Below, piece after piece: positions 20,440 through 28,919 of a DNA stretch of 64,000 nt. Position numbers and translations under genes: made by a program. Where the stretch lies: the NCBI GenBank assembly GCA_028709085.1, contig JAQVXQ010000001.1, positions 16,545 to 80,544 on the forward strand. The letters run 5' to 3'. This DNA comes from Salinivirgaceae bacterium (GTDB lineage Bacteria; Bacteroidota; Bacteroidia; Bacteroidales; Salinivirgaceae). Below the pieces are notes generated by a model. That model was not told where the DNA came from. It was given only the letters and a program-made list of their open reading frames with translations, and did not search any database. How positions within the stretch are numbered: position 1 is the stretch's first letter; each line of letters begins with the position of its first letter.

Positions 20440-22239
20440 ATGATTCTGACTTTAATTGACTGGACTATAATTGCAGTTTTCTTCTTTATAGTTCTACTTA
20501 TCGGCGTAATAGCATCGCGCTCAGCAGGGAAAAACATGACCGAATATTTTCTAGGTGGACGAGGAATGCCATGGTGGCTTCTTGGTGTTAGCATGGTTGC
20601 TTGCACCTTCTCGGCCGACACTCCCAATTTAGTTACTGATATGGTAAGAGAGTCGGGAGTTGCAAGAAATTGGGCATGGTGGGCATTTCTTATAACCGGA
20701 ATGGTAACTGTATTTATATATGCAAAATTATGGCGGCGCTCCAATGTAATGACCGATTTGGGTTTTTACGAAATTCGATATAGTGGAAAGCCAGCCTCCT
20801 TTTTACGTGGATTTAGAGCGGTATATTTAGGTGTGTTTTTCAATGTTCTTATTATGGCATCCGTTACATTAGCTGCCATTAAAATTGGTGCCGTAATGTT
20901 TGATTTAAAGCCCCTTATAACGGTGTTAATCTCCTCAATAGTGGTTGTTGTTTATACTTCCTTAGGCGGATTGAAAGGAGTTATATGGGCAGATTTCTTT
21001 CAATATTCCATAGCCACATTTGGAGCTATTCTGGCTGCAGTGGTTGCCCTTCAACAACCCGAAGTGGGTGGTTTATCCCAATTAATATCCAACCCTGCCA
21101 TCGCCGATAAGCTTTCGTTTTTACCCGATTTTAATGATCGATCGGTTTTAATTACGCTTTTTATAATTCCAATTGCTGTTCAATGGTGGAGCGTCTGGTA
21201 TCCAGGAGCTGAACCCGGCGGAGGCGGATATATTGCCCAGCGAATGATTTCAGCCAAAGATGAGAAAAATGCCATTGGTGCTACCCTATTCTTTAATTTT
21301 ATGCATTACGCTATTCGCCCTTGGCCATGGATCATAGTAGCTTTAGCTTCCTTATTGATATACCCTGATTTAGAGTCAATTAGAGTTCAGTTTCCGAATC
21401 TACCGGAAAATTATTTACGGAACGATATTGCCTATCCCATAATGCTTCTAAAACTAAGCCCAGGATGGCTTGGATTGGTCATTGCATCGCTTATTGGAGC
21501 TTATATGTCAACCATTGGAACCCATTTAAACTGGGGAGCTTCCTATGTTGTTAACGACTTTTATAAGCGATTTATAAATAAAGAAGCTTCTGAAAAGAAA
21601 TTAGTAGCCACTGCGCGCGCAACAACGATTGCACTAATGCTTTTTAGTGGATTAATTGCACTTACTGTAATGGAAAATGCAGGTCAAGCATTTAATATAT
21701 TGCTCTTAACAGGTGCAGGTTCGGGTGCAATATATCTATTGCGCTGGTTTTGGTGGCGCGTAAACGCCTGGTCAGAAATCTCAGCCATGATTGTCTCTAC
21801 TTTAAATGCCATAATTCTCATATTTGTTGTCGATGACATCTATTTAACCAACACTTTTATGGATATATTTACAACTAAACTTGTGCTATCCGTATTTATT
21901 ACCTCAATAGTGTGGGTTTTAGTAACCTACCTAACTAAACCTGAAGATGAGAAGATTCTGATTAGTTTCTCAAAATTAATTCGAGCAGGCGGCCCGGGAT
22001 GGGCTAAGATTCGGAAAATAAGAGAAATGCAAGGCGAAGAACAAGAAACAACCCCATGGGAGATGCCAATACAGATACTATGTGTCTTTATTGGTTGTGT
22101 AGTTGTATATTCAGCACTATTTGCCATAGGAAGCTTTTTATACGCAAATTACTGGCAAGGAATCATTCTTTCCTCATTTTCGGTAGTAGGAATCATTGCC
22201 TTGTTTAAATTTTTTAATAAATTGAACGCCGATAAGTAA
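20440..22239 (+). CDS. Sodium:solute symporter (SSS) family transporter
   Basis: 599 aa with about 13-14 TM helices and SSS-type N-terminal motifs (EYFLGGRGMPWW). Confidence 0.85.
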   Translation: MILTLIDWTIIAVFFFIVLLIGVIASRSAGKNMTEYFLGGRGMPWWLLGVSMVACTFSADTPNLVTDMVRESGVARNWAWWAFLITGMVTVFIYAKLWRRSNVMTDLGFYEIRYSGKPASFLRGFRAVYLGVFFNVLIMASVTLAAIKIGAVMFDLKPLITVLISSIVVVVYTSLGGLKGVIWADFFQYSIATFGAILAAVVALQQPEVGGLSQLISNPAIADKLSFLPDFNDRSVLITLFIIPIAVQWWSVWYPGAEPGGGGYIAQRMISAKDEKNAIGATLFFNFMHYAIRPWPWIIVALASLLIYPDLESIRVQFPNLPENYLRNDIAYPIMLLKLSPGWLGLVIASLIGAYMSTIGTHLNWGASYVVNDFYKRFINKEASEKKLVATARATTIALMLFSGLIALTVMENAGQAFNILLLTGAGSGAIYLLRWFWWRVNAWSEISAMIVSTLNAIILIFVVDDIYLTNTFMDIFTTKLVLSVFITSIVWVLVTYLTKPEDEKILISFSKLIRAGGPGWAKIRKIREMQGEEQETTPWEMPIQILCVFIGCVVVYSALFAIGSFLYANYWQGIILSSFSVVGIIALFKFFNKLNADK

Positions 22240-22270
22240 ATTAGTCACTTTATATTTAAGAATAATTAAT

Positions 22271-23155
22271 ATGTCAAAGCCAACATTACTAATATTAGCA
22301 GGTGGATTAGCAAGTCGTTACGGAGGAATAAAACAAATGGATACCATTGGTCCCAGTGGTGAGGCAATTTTAGATTACTCAGTGTATGATGCAATTGAAG
22401 CAGGATTTGGCAAAGTTGTATTTGTCCTAAATAAGGCAATTGCTAAAGAGTTTATAGAGCGATACAGTAAAAGATTTAACAATAAAATTGAATTGGATTT
22501 TGTAATTCAACAGATCGAAGATATTCCACAAGGATTTCAAATCCTTGAACAGAGACAAAAGCCCTGGGGAACCGGTCATGCAGTAAGAGCCGCACGTAAT
22601 GCCATTAACGAGCCTTTTGTTGTGATTAATGCCGACGATTTCTATGGAAAAACAGCGTATCAGGCCATAAGTCATTTCCTAAAGGATAGTACAAACTATG
22701 GAATGTATGCCTATAAACTTGGAAATACGTTGTCGGAACATGGCACGGTTAGTCGAGGCGTATGTGCAATTAACGGAAATAAACTTACCAATGTAACCGA
22801 AAATACGGGTATAAAACGAGTTTCGCCAGAAGTAATCATTTCGGAACAACATTCAGCCCTGAATGATAAGACATTAGTTTCAATGAATTTCTGGGCATTT
22901 CAACCGGATGTTTTCCCGGTTATCGAAACCCTATTCGAAGAGTTTATGGAAAAGAATAATCAGCACTTAACTGCCGAATTTTATATTCCTTCGGTTGTTC
23001 AACACGTTATTGAGCATAATCTGCGACCCGTTGAGGTGCTTTCTGGTGACTCTCCATGGTTTGGAATGACCTATAAATCAGATAGAGAAGAGACAAAATT
23101 AGCCGTGTCTAAGTTAATTAGTAACAAAATATATCCTGAAAAGCTATGGAAATAA
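22271..23155 (+). CDS. Sugar-1-phosphate nucleotidyltransferase
   Basis: 294 aa with an N-terminal LAGGLASRYGG...KQ glycine-rich NTP loop, KPWGTGHA and VINADDFY motifs. Confidence 0.75.
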   Translation: MSKPTLLILAGGLASRYGGIKQMDTIGPSGEAILDYSVYDAIEAGFGKVVFVLNKAIAKEFIERYSKRFNNKIELDFVIQQIEDIPQGFQILEQRQKPWGTGHAVRAARNAINEPFVVINADDFYGKTAYQAISHFLKDSTNYGMYAYKLGNTLSEHGTVSRGVCAINGNKLTNVTENTGIKRVSPEVIISEQHSALNDKTLVSMNFWAFQPDVFPVIETLFEEFMEKNNQHLTAEFYIPSVVQHVIEHNLRPVEVLSGDSPWFGMTYKSDREETKLAVSKLISNKIYPEKLWK

Positions 23156-24219
23156 TAAAGTTTTCTGAAGAGCAAATTCTTGACGTATTACAAAAATTTG
23201 GGTTTAATTCTGGGGAAGTAAAATACTATCCATTGGGAATTGGACATATAAACCAATCGTGGATTGTTGAAAGTAAAGGATTTAAATACATTTTACAGTA
23301 TATTAATCCCTACATATTTAGTAGCATTGAAGTTTTAACTCGCAATTTTAGGACAATATCAGAATATCTTAAGACCGCTCCTTTCTGGGAAACGCTTAAA
23401 ACCCCCGAATTATATCCAACAAAAGAGAATAATTATTTACTTGTAACGGAGAAGAAGTACAACTGGAGAATGATCAATTATATTGAACATGATGCAAATT
23501 ACAAGCATATTACATCAGAGACGCAAGCATACGAAGCAGCTAAAGCATATGGATCCTATGCAAAATGTCTTTCGTATCTCCCAATAAGTGATATAGGACA
23601 AACAATTTTAAACTTTCATGATCCGGAAGCTCGAATTATTGAATTTGGAAAAGCATTGAATGAAGATATTGTAGGTCGAAGAAAAATGGCATTGCCTGAA
23701 ATTGATTTTATTCGAAATAATTCAGAATATGCCCGAAAAGTCTCTAAATTAATTACTTCGAGTATAATACCTACTCGAATAACCCATAATAACACAGCGC
23801 TTGATAATCTATTGTGGCGCGAAAATAAAATTTGTGCCATTGTTGACCTCGACACAACCATGCCAAGCACTCTTTTATACGATTTTGGCGATATGGTTCG
23901 GACGTATACCTCACCAATTATAGACGAAGCCACAAACTCATCGGACATATCTGTTCAATGCAATATAGTTTGCGCTATTATTGAAGGCTATTTGGAGTCA
24001 ACAGCAGTATTTATGACCCCCATGGAGAGAAGTGCTCTGTTTGAGGGTGCTTTAATGGTTATTTACATTCAGGCTGTTCGATATATGACTGATTATTTAA
24101 AAGACGACCCATATTATCCAATAAACTATCCGGAACAAAATTTAGATCGGGTTCGAAACCATTTTGAACTTTTCCGACAGATTTTAGGTATGGAAAATGA
24201 AATAAGAAAACTCTTATAA
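23146..24219 (+). CDS. APH-fold anomeric sugar kinase, NahK/AmgK-like (N-acetylhexosamine 1-kinase family)
   Basis: 357 aa with GIGHINQSW, YILQYINPYIF, NFHDPEARI, PEIDF, ITHNNTALDN (variant Brenner loop), VDLDTTMP and YPEQNLDRVRN. Overlaps the NTase gene by 10 nt. Confidence 0.75.
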   Translation: MEIIKFSEEQILDVLQKFGFNSGEVKYYPLGIGHINQSWIVESKGFKYILQYINPYIFSSIEVLTRNFRTISEYLKTAPFWETLKTPELYPTKENNYLLVTEKKYNWRMINYIEHDANYKHITSETQAYEAAKAYGSYAKCLSYLPISDIGQTILNFHDPEARIIEFGKALNEDIVGRRKMALPEIDFIRNNSEYARKVSKLITSSIIPTRITHNNTALDNLLWRENKICAIVDLDTTMPSTLLYDFGDMVRTYTSPIIDEATNSSDISVQCNIVCAIIEGYLESTAVFMTPMERSALFEGALMVIYIQAVRYMTDYLKDDPYYPINYPEQNLDRVRNHFELFRQILGMENEIRKLL

Positions 24220-24244
24220 AATATTTACATCTTTTATATAAAAA

Positions 24245-24291
24245 CACTGCAATTTAATTGACCATTGTTAATTGCGGTGTTTTGTTTTTTT
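24245..24291 (+). terminator. Intrinsic terminator after the kinase gene
   Basis: Stem CACTGCAATT (24245-24254) / AATTGCGGTG (24270-24279, one G-U pair) followed by TTTTGTTTTTTT. Confidence 0.6.
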
Positions 24292-24513
24292 ATAGTGGAG
24301 GATACGAATTTCCATTTTCTACGATTGTAATAATAGAATGTATTTGTTACAAAATTGAGGTTCTACCTTGCTATTCTATTGATTATGTTCTATATAGAAA
24401 TAATTGATAACCCCATAAGAAACGTAGCTAAAGTTCATTCAACATGTAGATAGCAAATTTACTAAACCGGAATGATTATCAATTGTAATTTTTATTATTG
24501 CGATTGAAATTAG

Positions 24514-24558
24514 TTACAATTGTAATCAAGATAAAACCGCATCTTTACACAACTGTAA
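24514..24558. promoter_or_regulatory. Two palindromic TTACA..TGTAA sites just 3' of pyrD
   Basis: TTACAATTGTAA (24514-24525, perfect palindrome) and TTACACAACTGTAA (24545-24558). The latter is identical to 26141-26154. Confidence 0.45.
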
Positions 24559-24569
24559 TCAGTCGTAAT

Positions 24570-25589
24570 TCACTTCTGTAACCGTGCAATGTCTGAGATA
24601 ATCTTAGGCCCTTTATATATAAAACTTGTATAGATCTGGATCATATCAGCACCCTCGTCAATCATCTGTTTCGCCATGTCGGCAGTGAAAATTCCACCGC
24701 AAGCAATTAAAGCAACATTGGAAGGAATATTTTTTCGAATAAGTGCCATTCTCTTTCGATTATTAACGAATAGAGGTACTCCTGATAGACCTCCGTTGCC
24801 AATTAATTTAATTTTAGATTCATCAATAGATAGTTCCTCTCGTGAAGTTGTTGTATTTGAGTATATAACACCGTTAAAGTTGTAACATGATACTAATTCG
24901 AGGCTTTCAAGAAGATTTTGTTCCAATAAATCAGGGGATATTTTTAATACAAGTGGCTTTTGTGTCGGTTGCTCTGCTCGAAAATCATGCATCATACCCA
25001 TAATTTCACTCAAATAGGCTTTACTCTGGAGTTTTCCAAGGTTTGCGACATTGGGGCAACTCACATTTAACACTATATAATCGACGTGATTGTAAATACC
25101 TTCAATTACTTTCCGATAATCGTGTATTGCCTCTTCATTTGGCGTAGCAGTGTTTTTACCAATGTTCCCGCCAAGAACAAACACTCTATTTTTATATCGT
25201 TTTAGCCTTTTTACGGCCTCTTCAATCCCATTATTGTTAAAACCCATCCTATTAATCAACGCTTTGTCAGAAGGGATTCGATATAAGCGCGGTTTAGGGT
25301 TTCCGGGCTGTCCCAATGGAGTTACAGTGCCAATTTCAACCGAGCCAAAACCAAGGGATGCAAATGCATTAGCAACTTGAGCATTTTTATCTAAGCCAGC
25401 TGCTAAGCCAACTCTATTGGGGAAGGTTAATCCCATGCATTCTAATGGGTTTTGATGTTGCATTAATCCTTTTAAAAGCCTCGGCAATCCTGGTGTATGC
25501 TCAACGATTTGTAAGGCTCTAATGGCCATTTTATGCGCCGTTTCAGGATTAAACTGAAACAATAAAGGGCGAAGTAGAAATTCGTACAT
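24570..25589 (-). CDS. pyrD: Dihydroorotate dehydrogenase (quinone), class 2
   Basis: 339 aa with an N-terminal membrane-association helix region, GFNNNG, the NVSCPN active-site Ser region and GGLSG. Confidence 0.9.
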   Translation of the reverse strand: MYEFLLRPLLFQFNPETAHKMAIRALQIVEHTPGLPRLLKGLMQHQNPLECMGLTFPNRVGLAAGLDKNAQVANAFASLGFGSVEIGTVTPLGQPGNPKPRLYRIPSDKALINRMGFNNNGIEEAVKRLKRYKNRVFVLGGNIGKNTATPNEEAIHDYRKVIEGIYNHVDYIVLNVSCPNVANLGKLQSKAYLSEIMGMMHDFRAEQPTQKPLVLKISPDLLEQNLLESLELVSCYNFNGVIYSNTTTSREELSIDESKIKLIGNGGLSGVPLFVNNRKRMALIRKNIPSNVALIACGGIFTADMAKQMIDEGADMIQIYTSFIYKGPKIISDIARLQK

Positions 25590-25608
25590 GTTTTTTTTGC
25601 AAAACTAA

Positions 25609-26109
25609 CTAAATTTTGGGCATTTCACTATACGTTTTGAATGTACCATCACGGAAAAATATGACAATTCGTTCAATATCAGATGGTTTATTCTCAATTT
25701 TTGTCTCGTTCAACTTATTTTCAGTTTCAGCGGTAGTCTTTGATTCTTTAGGTTTATCGAAAGGAATGTTAACGTTTTGCGTATCGATTGTTTTTTCAAT
25801 GTTTATTGGTTTTTTTATTTCATCAGATTCAAATAAAGAGTGTTGTATAACCTTATTTGTAGTTTTAGTTTCGTTGTTTTGAATCACTTTCGGTTCTAAT
25901 TTCATGGCTCCTTCACCTGAAATAAGCCAAACTATGTTGTATGAAGGAAAGACCTTTATAAACTTTTGAATAAAATCAATGGAGGGTTTATTTCTGCCAG
26001 TGATTAAATGAGAAATACTCGAACGTTGTACTCCTAATTGTTCAGAGAACTCTTTAGCAAATAAGCCTTCCTGACTCATTACCAACTCAATACGTTTTCC
26101 GATATCCAT
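25609..26109 (-). CDS. XRE-family HTH transcriptional regulator with low-complexity C-terminal tail
   Basis: 166 aa with an N-terminal HTH (FSEQLGVQRSSISHLITGRNKPSIDF) and a K/T/N/E-rich tail. 19 nt upstream of pyrD on the same strand. Confidence 0.8.
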   Translation of the reverse strand: MDIGKRIELVMSQEGLFAKEFSEQLGVQRSSISHLITGRNKPSIDFIQKFIKVFPSYNIVWLISGEGAMKLEPKVIQNNETKTTNKVIQHSLFESDEIKKPINIEKTIDTQNVNIPFDKPKESKTTAETENKLNETKIENKPSDIERIVIFFRDGTFKTYSEMPKI

Positions 26110-26125
26110 TTTTTTTTCAAAGATA

Positions 26126-26133
26126 CAAAGTTA
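26126..26133 (-). promoter_or_regulatory. Candidate -7 box (TAACTTTG) for XRE-pyrD
   Basis: Exact TAnnTTTG on the minus strand 17 nt upstream of ATG 26109. Palindrome 26141-26154 sits where a -33 element would be. Confidence 0.45.
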
Positions 26134-26140
26134 TCAGGAA

Positions 26141-26221
26141 TTACACAACTGTAACTTAATAATCGTCATCTGTAATCAATGATAGATTACAAGAGTAGTA
26201 TCGATTATTATACAACTGTAA
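26141..26221. promoter_or_regulatory. Operator-like TTACACAACTGTAA / TTATACAACTGTAA sites upstream of the XRE gene
   Basis: 26141-26154 is TTACACAACTGTAA. 26208-26221 is TTATACAACTGTAA (13/14 identical). A half-site ATCTGTAATC lies at 26168-26177. Confidence 0.45.
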
Positions 26222-26443
26222 CCCATATAAGTAACTATCTTACAAATGACAATGAAGATATCAACCCTTATTGCTTACACTTGTATTTGAAATCTCCTTG
26301 TTTTTATATTTAATGCTAATGATTTATTCCGATTACCCTGCATTTTATATATTAAGTAAAACTATGATTAAACCTACTAAAATACATATAATGAGTAATT
26401 TACATTATTGTTAATTGTGGTTAATATTGGCTTTATTCGTTAG

Positions 26444-26455
26444 TTACATTTGTAA
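26444..26455. promoter_or_regulatory. Distal palindrome TTACATTTGTAA
   Basis: With flanks, TAGTTACATTTGTAAT (26441-26456) matches TAGTTACAATTGTAAT (24511-24526) at 15/16 positions. Confidence 0.35.
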
Positions 26456-26753
26456 TAATTGGGTTGTGCACAATTGAAATTATGAAGAATTATCGAATGG
26501 GGAAATGAGAAATATAAATAATACCCCTATCCTATTTTATAGTGAAATTTTCAGATTGCCTAATAAAACGCAGTTATGCCCTACGCCCAATATGAGTAAT
26601 ATGGTCAAATTTATATTTCAAATAGGATTATATTTATAACAGGCTAATTAATAATACGTTAAGCGATTTCCAATGATATTTTGAAATTAATCTAAAATGC
26701 TAATCATTGTTAATTCAGTTGTTTTGAAATCAAATGGCGTTGTTTAAGGATTG

Positions 26754-27755
26754 TTAAATTATGGGTGTATTTATTTCAATTAACACGCCTTTTCCAATAG
26801 TGCTATTTAAAGTCATATTTGCCATTATGGACCTAAGTCGAGTATTTATATTGTCGTACCCCATTCCACTTTGAAATTGATTCAATGTTTTTGCTGGTTC
26901 AAACCCTCGTCCATTGTCTTGATATTTTAAATGTAGGTTTTGATCTACTAGATTAAGTTGAATTAAAATTTTATTGGCGCCAGAATGCTTTAATGTATTA
27001 TTTATAAGTTCGGTAACAACACGATAAATAACAACTTCAATATTATAATTAAAACGCTTATCACCAATTTCATCCTCTATTTCAATATAAATACCATGTA
27101 AAGTATTTATTTTATTGGTGTAGCTTTGAATTGCTCTTACGAGACCGAAATTTGTAAGAATATGAGGGCTAAGGTGGTTACTGATCTCTTTTAGAGAGTG
27201 AATGGCCTCCTGAATAACTAAATTTGTATTGTTTATAATTCGTTTATCACCTGCCGATAACCCTAAATCAGAGAGTGCAGAAAGCGACATTTTTGCCGAT
27301 GACAGCAAGGGTCCCATTCCATCGTGCAGATCTTTGGCAAACTGTTTCCGTTCCTTCTCTTCGGTTCTGATAATTGCATTTAACACTCTGTTTTCGTTTT
27401 CTTTGCGTAGTTGCTCTATTCGATCAAGAAAGTTGAAAATTTTACGAATAAAAATCACCCCAATCAAAAGTAAAAATGAAGTTATAATCCCTAACCACTT
27501 GTTTAACAGGTCTATCTCAATGGGTGACCATATTTTTTCATGTGCAATAGCATCAAACAACCTTGAAAACGCCATTATAATAAAGGCAACACTAATTAGG
27601 ATCCACGACACATTATATTTAGTTCGCCGAAACATACTTATGGCATAAAGTGCAGCGAAAAACTGCAATGCAATGGAAACAAAAAGTAGAATACGTACTA
27701 GCATGATTTCATTTTTAAATAAATATTCCATTATTCGTGATAATCGATTTTCCAT
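26754..27755 (-). CDS. Membrane sensor histidine kinase, HisKA_3 (NarX/DesK-like) type, no adjacent response regulator
   Basis: 333 aa with 3-4 N-terminal TM helices, H-box FAKDLHDGMGPLLSS and an HATPase_c domain (NNTLKHS, DNGRGF, GMGYDN). Confidence 0.8.
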   Translation of the reverse strand: MENRLSRIMEYLFKNEIMLVRILLFVSIALQFFAALYAISMFRRTKYNVSWILISVAFIIMAFSRLFDAIAHEKIWSPIEIDLLNKWLGIITSFLLLIGVIFIRKIFNFLDRIEQLRKENENRVLNAIIRTEEKERKQFAKDLHDGMGPLLSSAKMSLSALSDLGLSAGDKRIINNTNLVIQEAIHSLKEISNHLSPHILTNFGLVRAIQSYTNKINTLHGIYIEIEDEIGDKRFNYNIEVVIYRVVTELINNTLKHSGANKILIQLNLVDQNLHLKYQDNGRGFEPAKTLNQFQSGMGYDNINTRLRSIMANMTLNSTIGKGVLIEINTPII

Positions 27756-27828
27756 TCTTTGAGGTTGGAATGGAATTTATGCTTTATTTTTCTTAACTTT
27801 AACTGCTCTTGTAAAAGTAACATTTTTT

Positions 27829-27836
27829 TATGTTTG
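27829..27836 (+). promoter_or_regulatory. Candidate -7 box (TATGTTTG) for the porin-like gene
   Basis: Exact TAnnTTTG about 42 nt upstream of ATG 27878. Confidence 0.4.
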
Positions 27837-27877
27837 CGATATCTACAAACCACTTCCAAATTTAAAAGTCAACGAAA

Positions 27878-28867
27878 ATGGTTAAATTACTTCTCTTTAT
27901 TATTCTTTTAGGTTCGGAATGTTTAGCCCAAGATTCCGTCAAAACATTAAAATTAGAACATCCAAAACCGGATGCTACCATATTCTTTAATTATCATACA
28001 GCCCTCCATGCTAATCACGATGAATTTGAAATTCAACGTGCCTATTTAGGCTTGAGTCAAAAATTGGATGACCATTGGAGTGCTACTATACGTTTAGATA
28101 TTGGTAGTTCCAACGATTTACCTGATATTACGTTGCAACGAAGATATGCCTATGTTAGAAAGGCTGCTATTGCCTATACCTATCATAATTTTGAAGCAAA
28201 TATTGGAATTATTGATTTATTAACGTTTAAAAATTCAGATCAAATATGGGGAAAGCGATACTTGCGTAAATCAATGCAAGATTTACATAAGTTTGGTGCT
28301 TCTGCCGATCTAGGAGTTATGGCTAAATACGAAATTAAAAACTATTTCCTCTTTGATATAGCATATGTCAATGGCGAAGGATACAATCATATCCAAAAGG
28401 ATAATACGTTTAAATTTTGTACCGGTGTTACCTTTATTCGATTCAAACCGATTATTATACGTCTATATAACGACTTAATGCATAAGAATTTATCTCAAAC
28501 CACATCAAGTATCTTGTTAGGTTATGATTATAAACGAATTCAAATCGGATCGGAAATTGTTATGCGTCGAAATGATGAATACCAGCAAAAATATCATAAA
28601 TATGGAACGAGTCATTATATTACCATAAATGCATATAAAAAATTTAATGTATTTGGCAGATACGACTATCTGTGGTCGGAAGTGATAGACAACACTGAAT
28701 CAGCATGGAATCAAAATTGGGATGGATTTTCGTTTGTTGGTGGAATTGAATATTTAGCGCATACCTACATACGGTTTTCTCTAAATTATCAAGATTGGCA
28801 TCCTGCTAACAAATTAATTGATAATGAATCATTTATATATTTTAACATTGAAGTTAAATTGAAATAA
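27878..28867 (+). CDS. Putative outer-membrane beta-barrel / porin-like protein
   Basis: 329 aa with a signal peptide (LLGSECLAQ) and alternating aromatic/polar beta-strand pattern throughout. No catalytic motifs recognised. Confidence 0.45.
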   Translation: MVKLLLFIILLGSECLAQDSVKTLKLEHPKPDATIFFNYHTALHANHDEFEIQRAYLGLSQKLDDHWSATIRLDIGSSNDLPDITLQRRYAYVRKAAIAYTYHNFEANIGIIDLLTFKNSDQIWGKRYLRKSMQDLHKFGASADLGVMAKYEIKNYFLFDIAYVNGEGYNHIQKDNTFKFCTGVTFIRFKPIIIRLYNDLMHKNLSQTTSSILLGYDYKRIQIGSEIVMRRNDEYQQKYHKYGTSHYITINAYKKFNVFGRYDYLWSEVIDNTESAWNQNWDGFSFVGGIEYLAHTYIRFSLNYQDWHPANKLIDNESFIYFNIEVKLK

Positions 28868-28919
28868 CAGGCAATGTTTAATTCTATTTTCACCTCTGCA
28901 ACTTCAAAAATAAATGTGA

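Noticed and set aside
26110-26753. Hypothesis that the long gap is a decayed NarL-type response-regulator gene partnering the upstream HisKA_3 kinase (the size would fit)
   Set aside because: I translated all three minus-strand frames by hand. Stops are dense, and no REC (DD..D, KxxAL(S/T)) or LuxR-HTH remnants are visible. Only a tblastx comparison could revive this idea.
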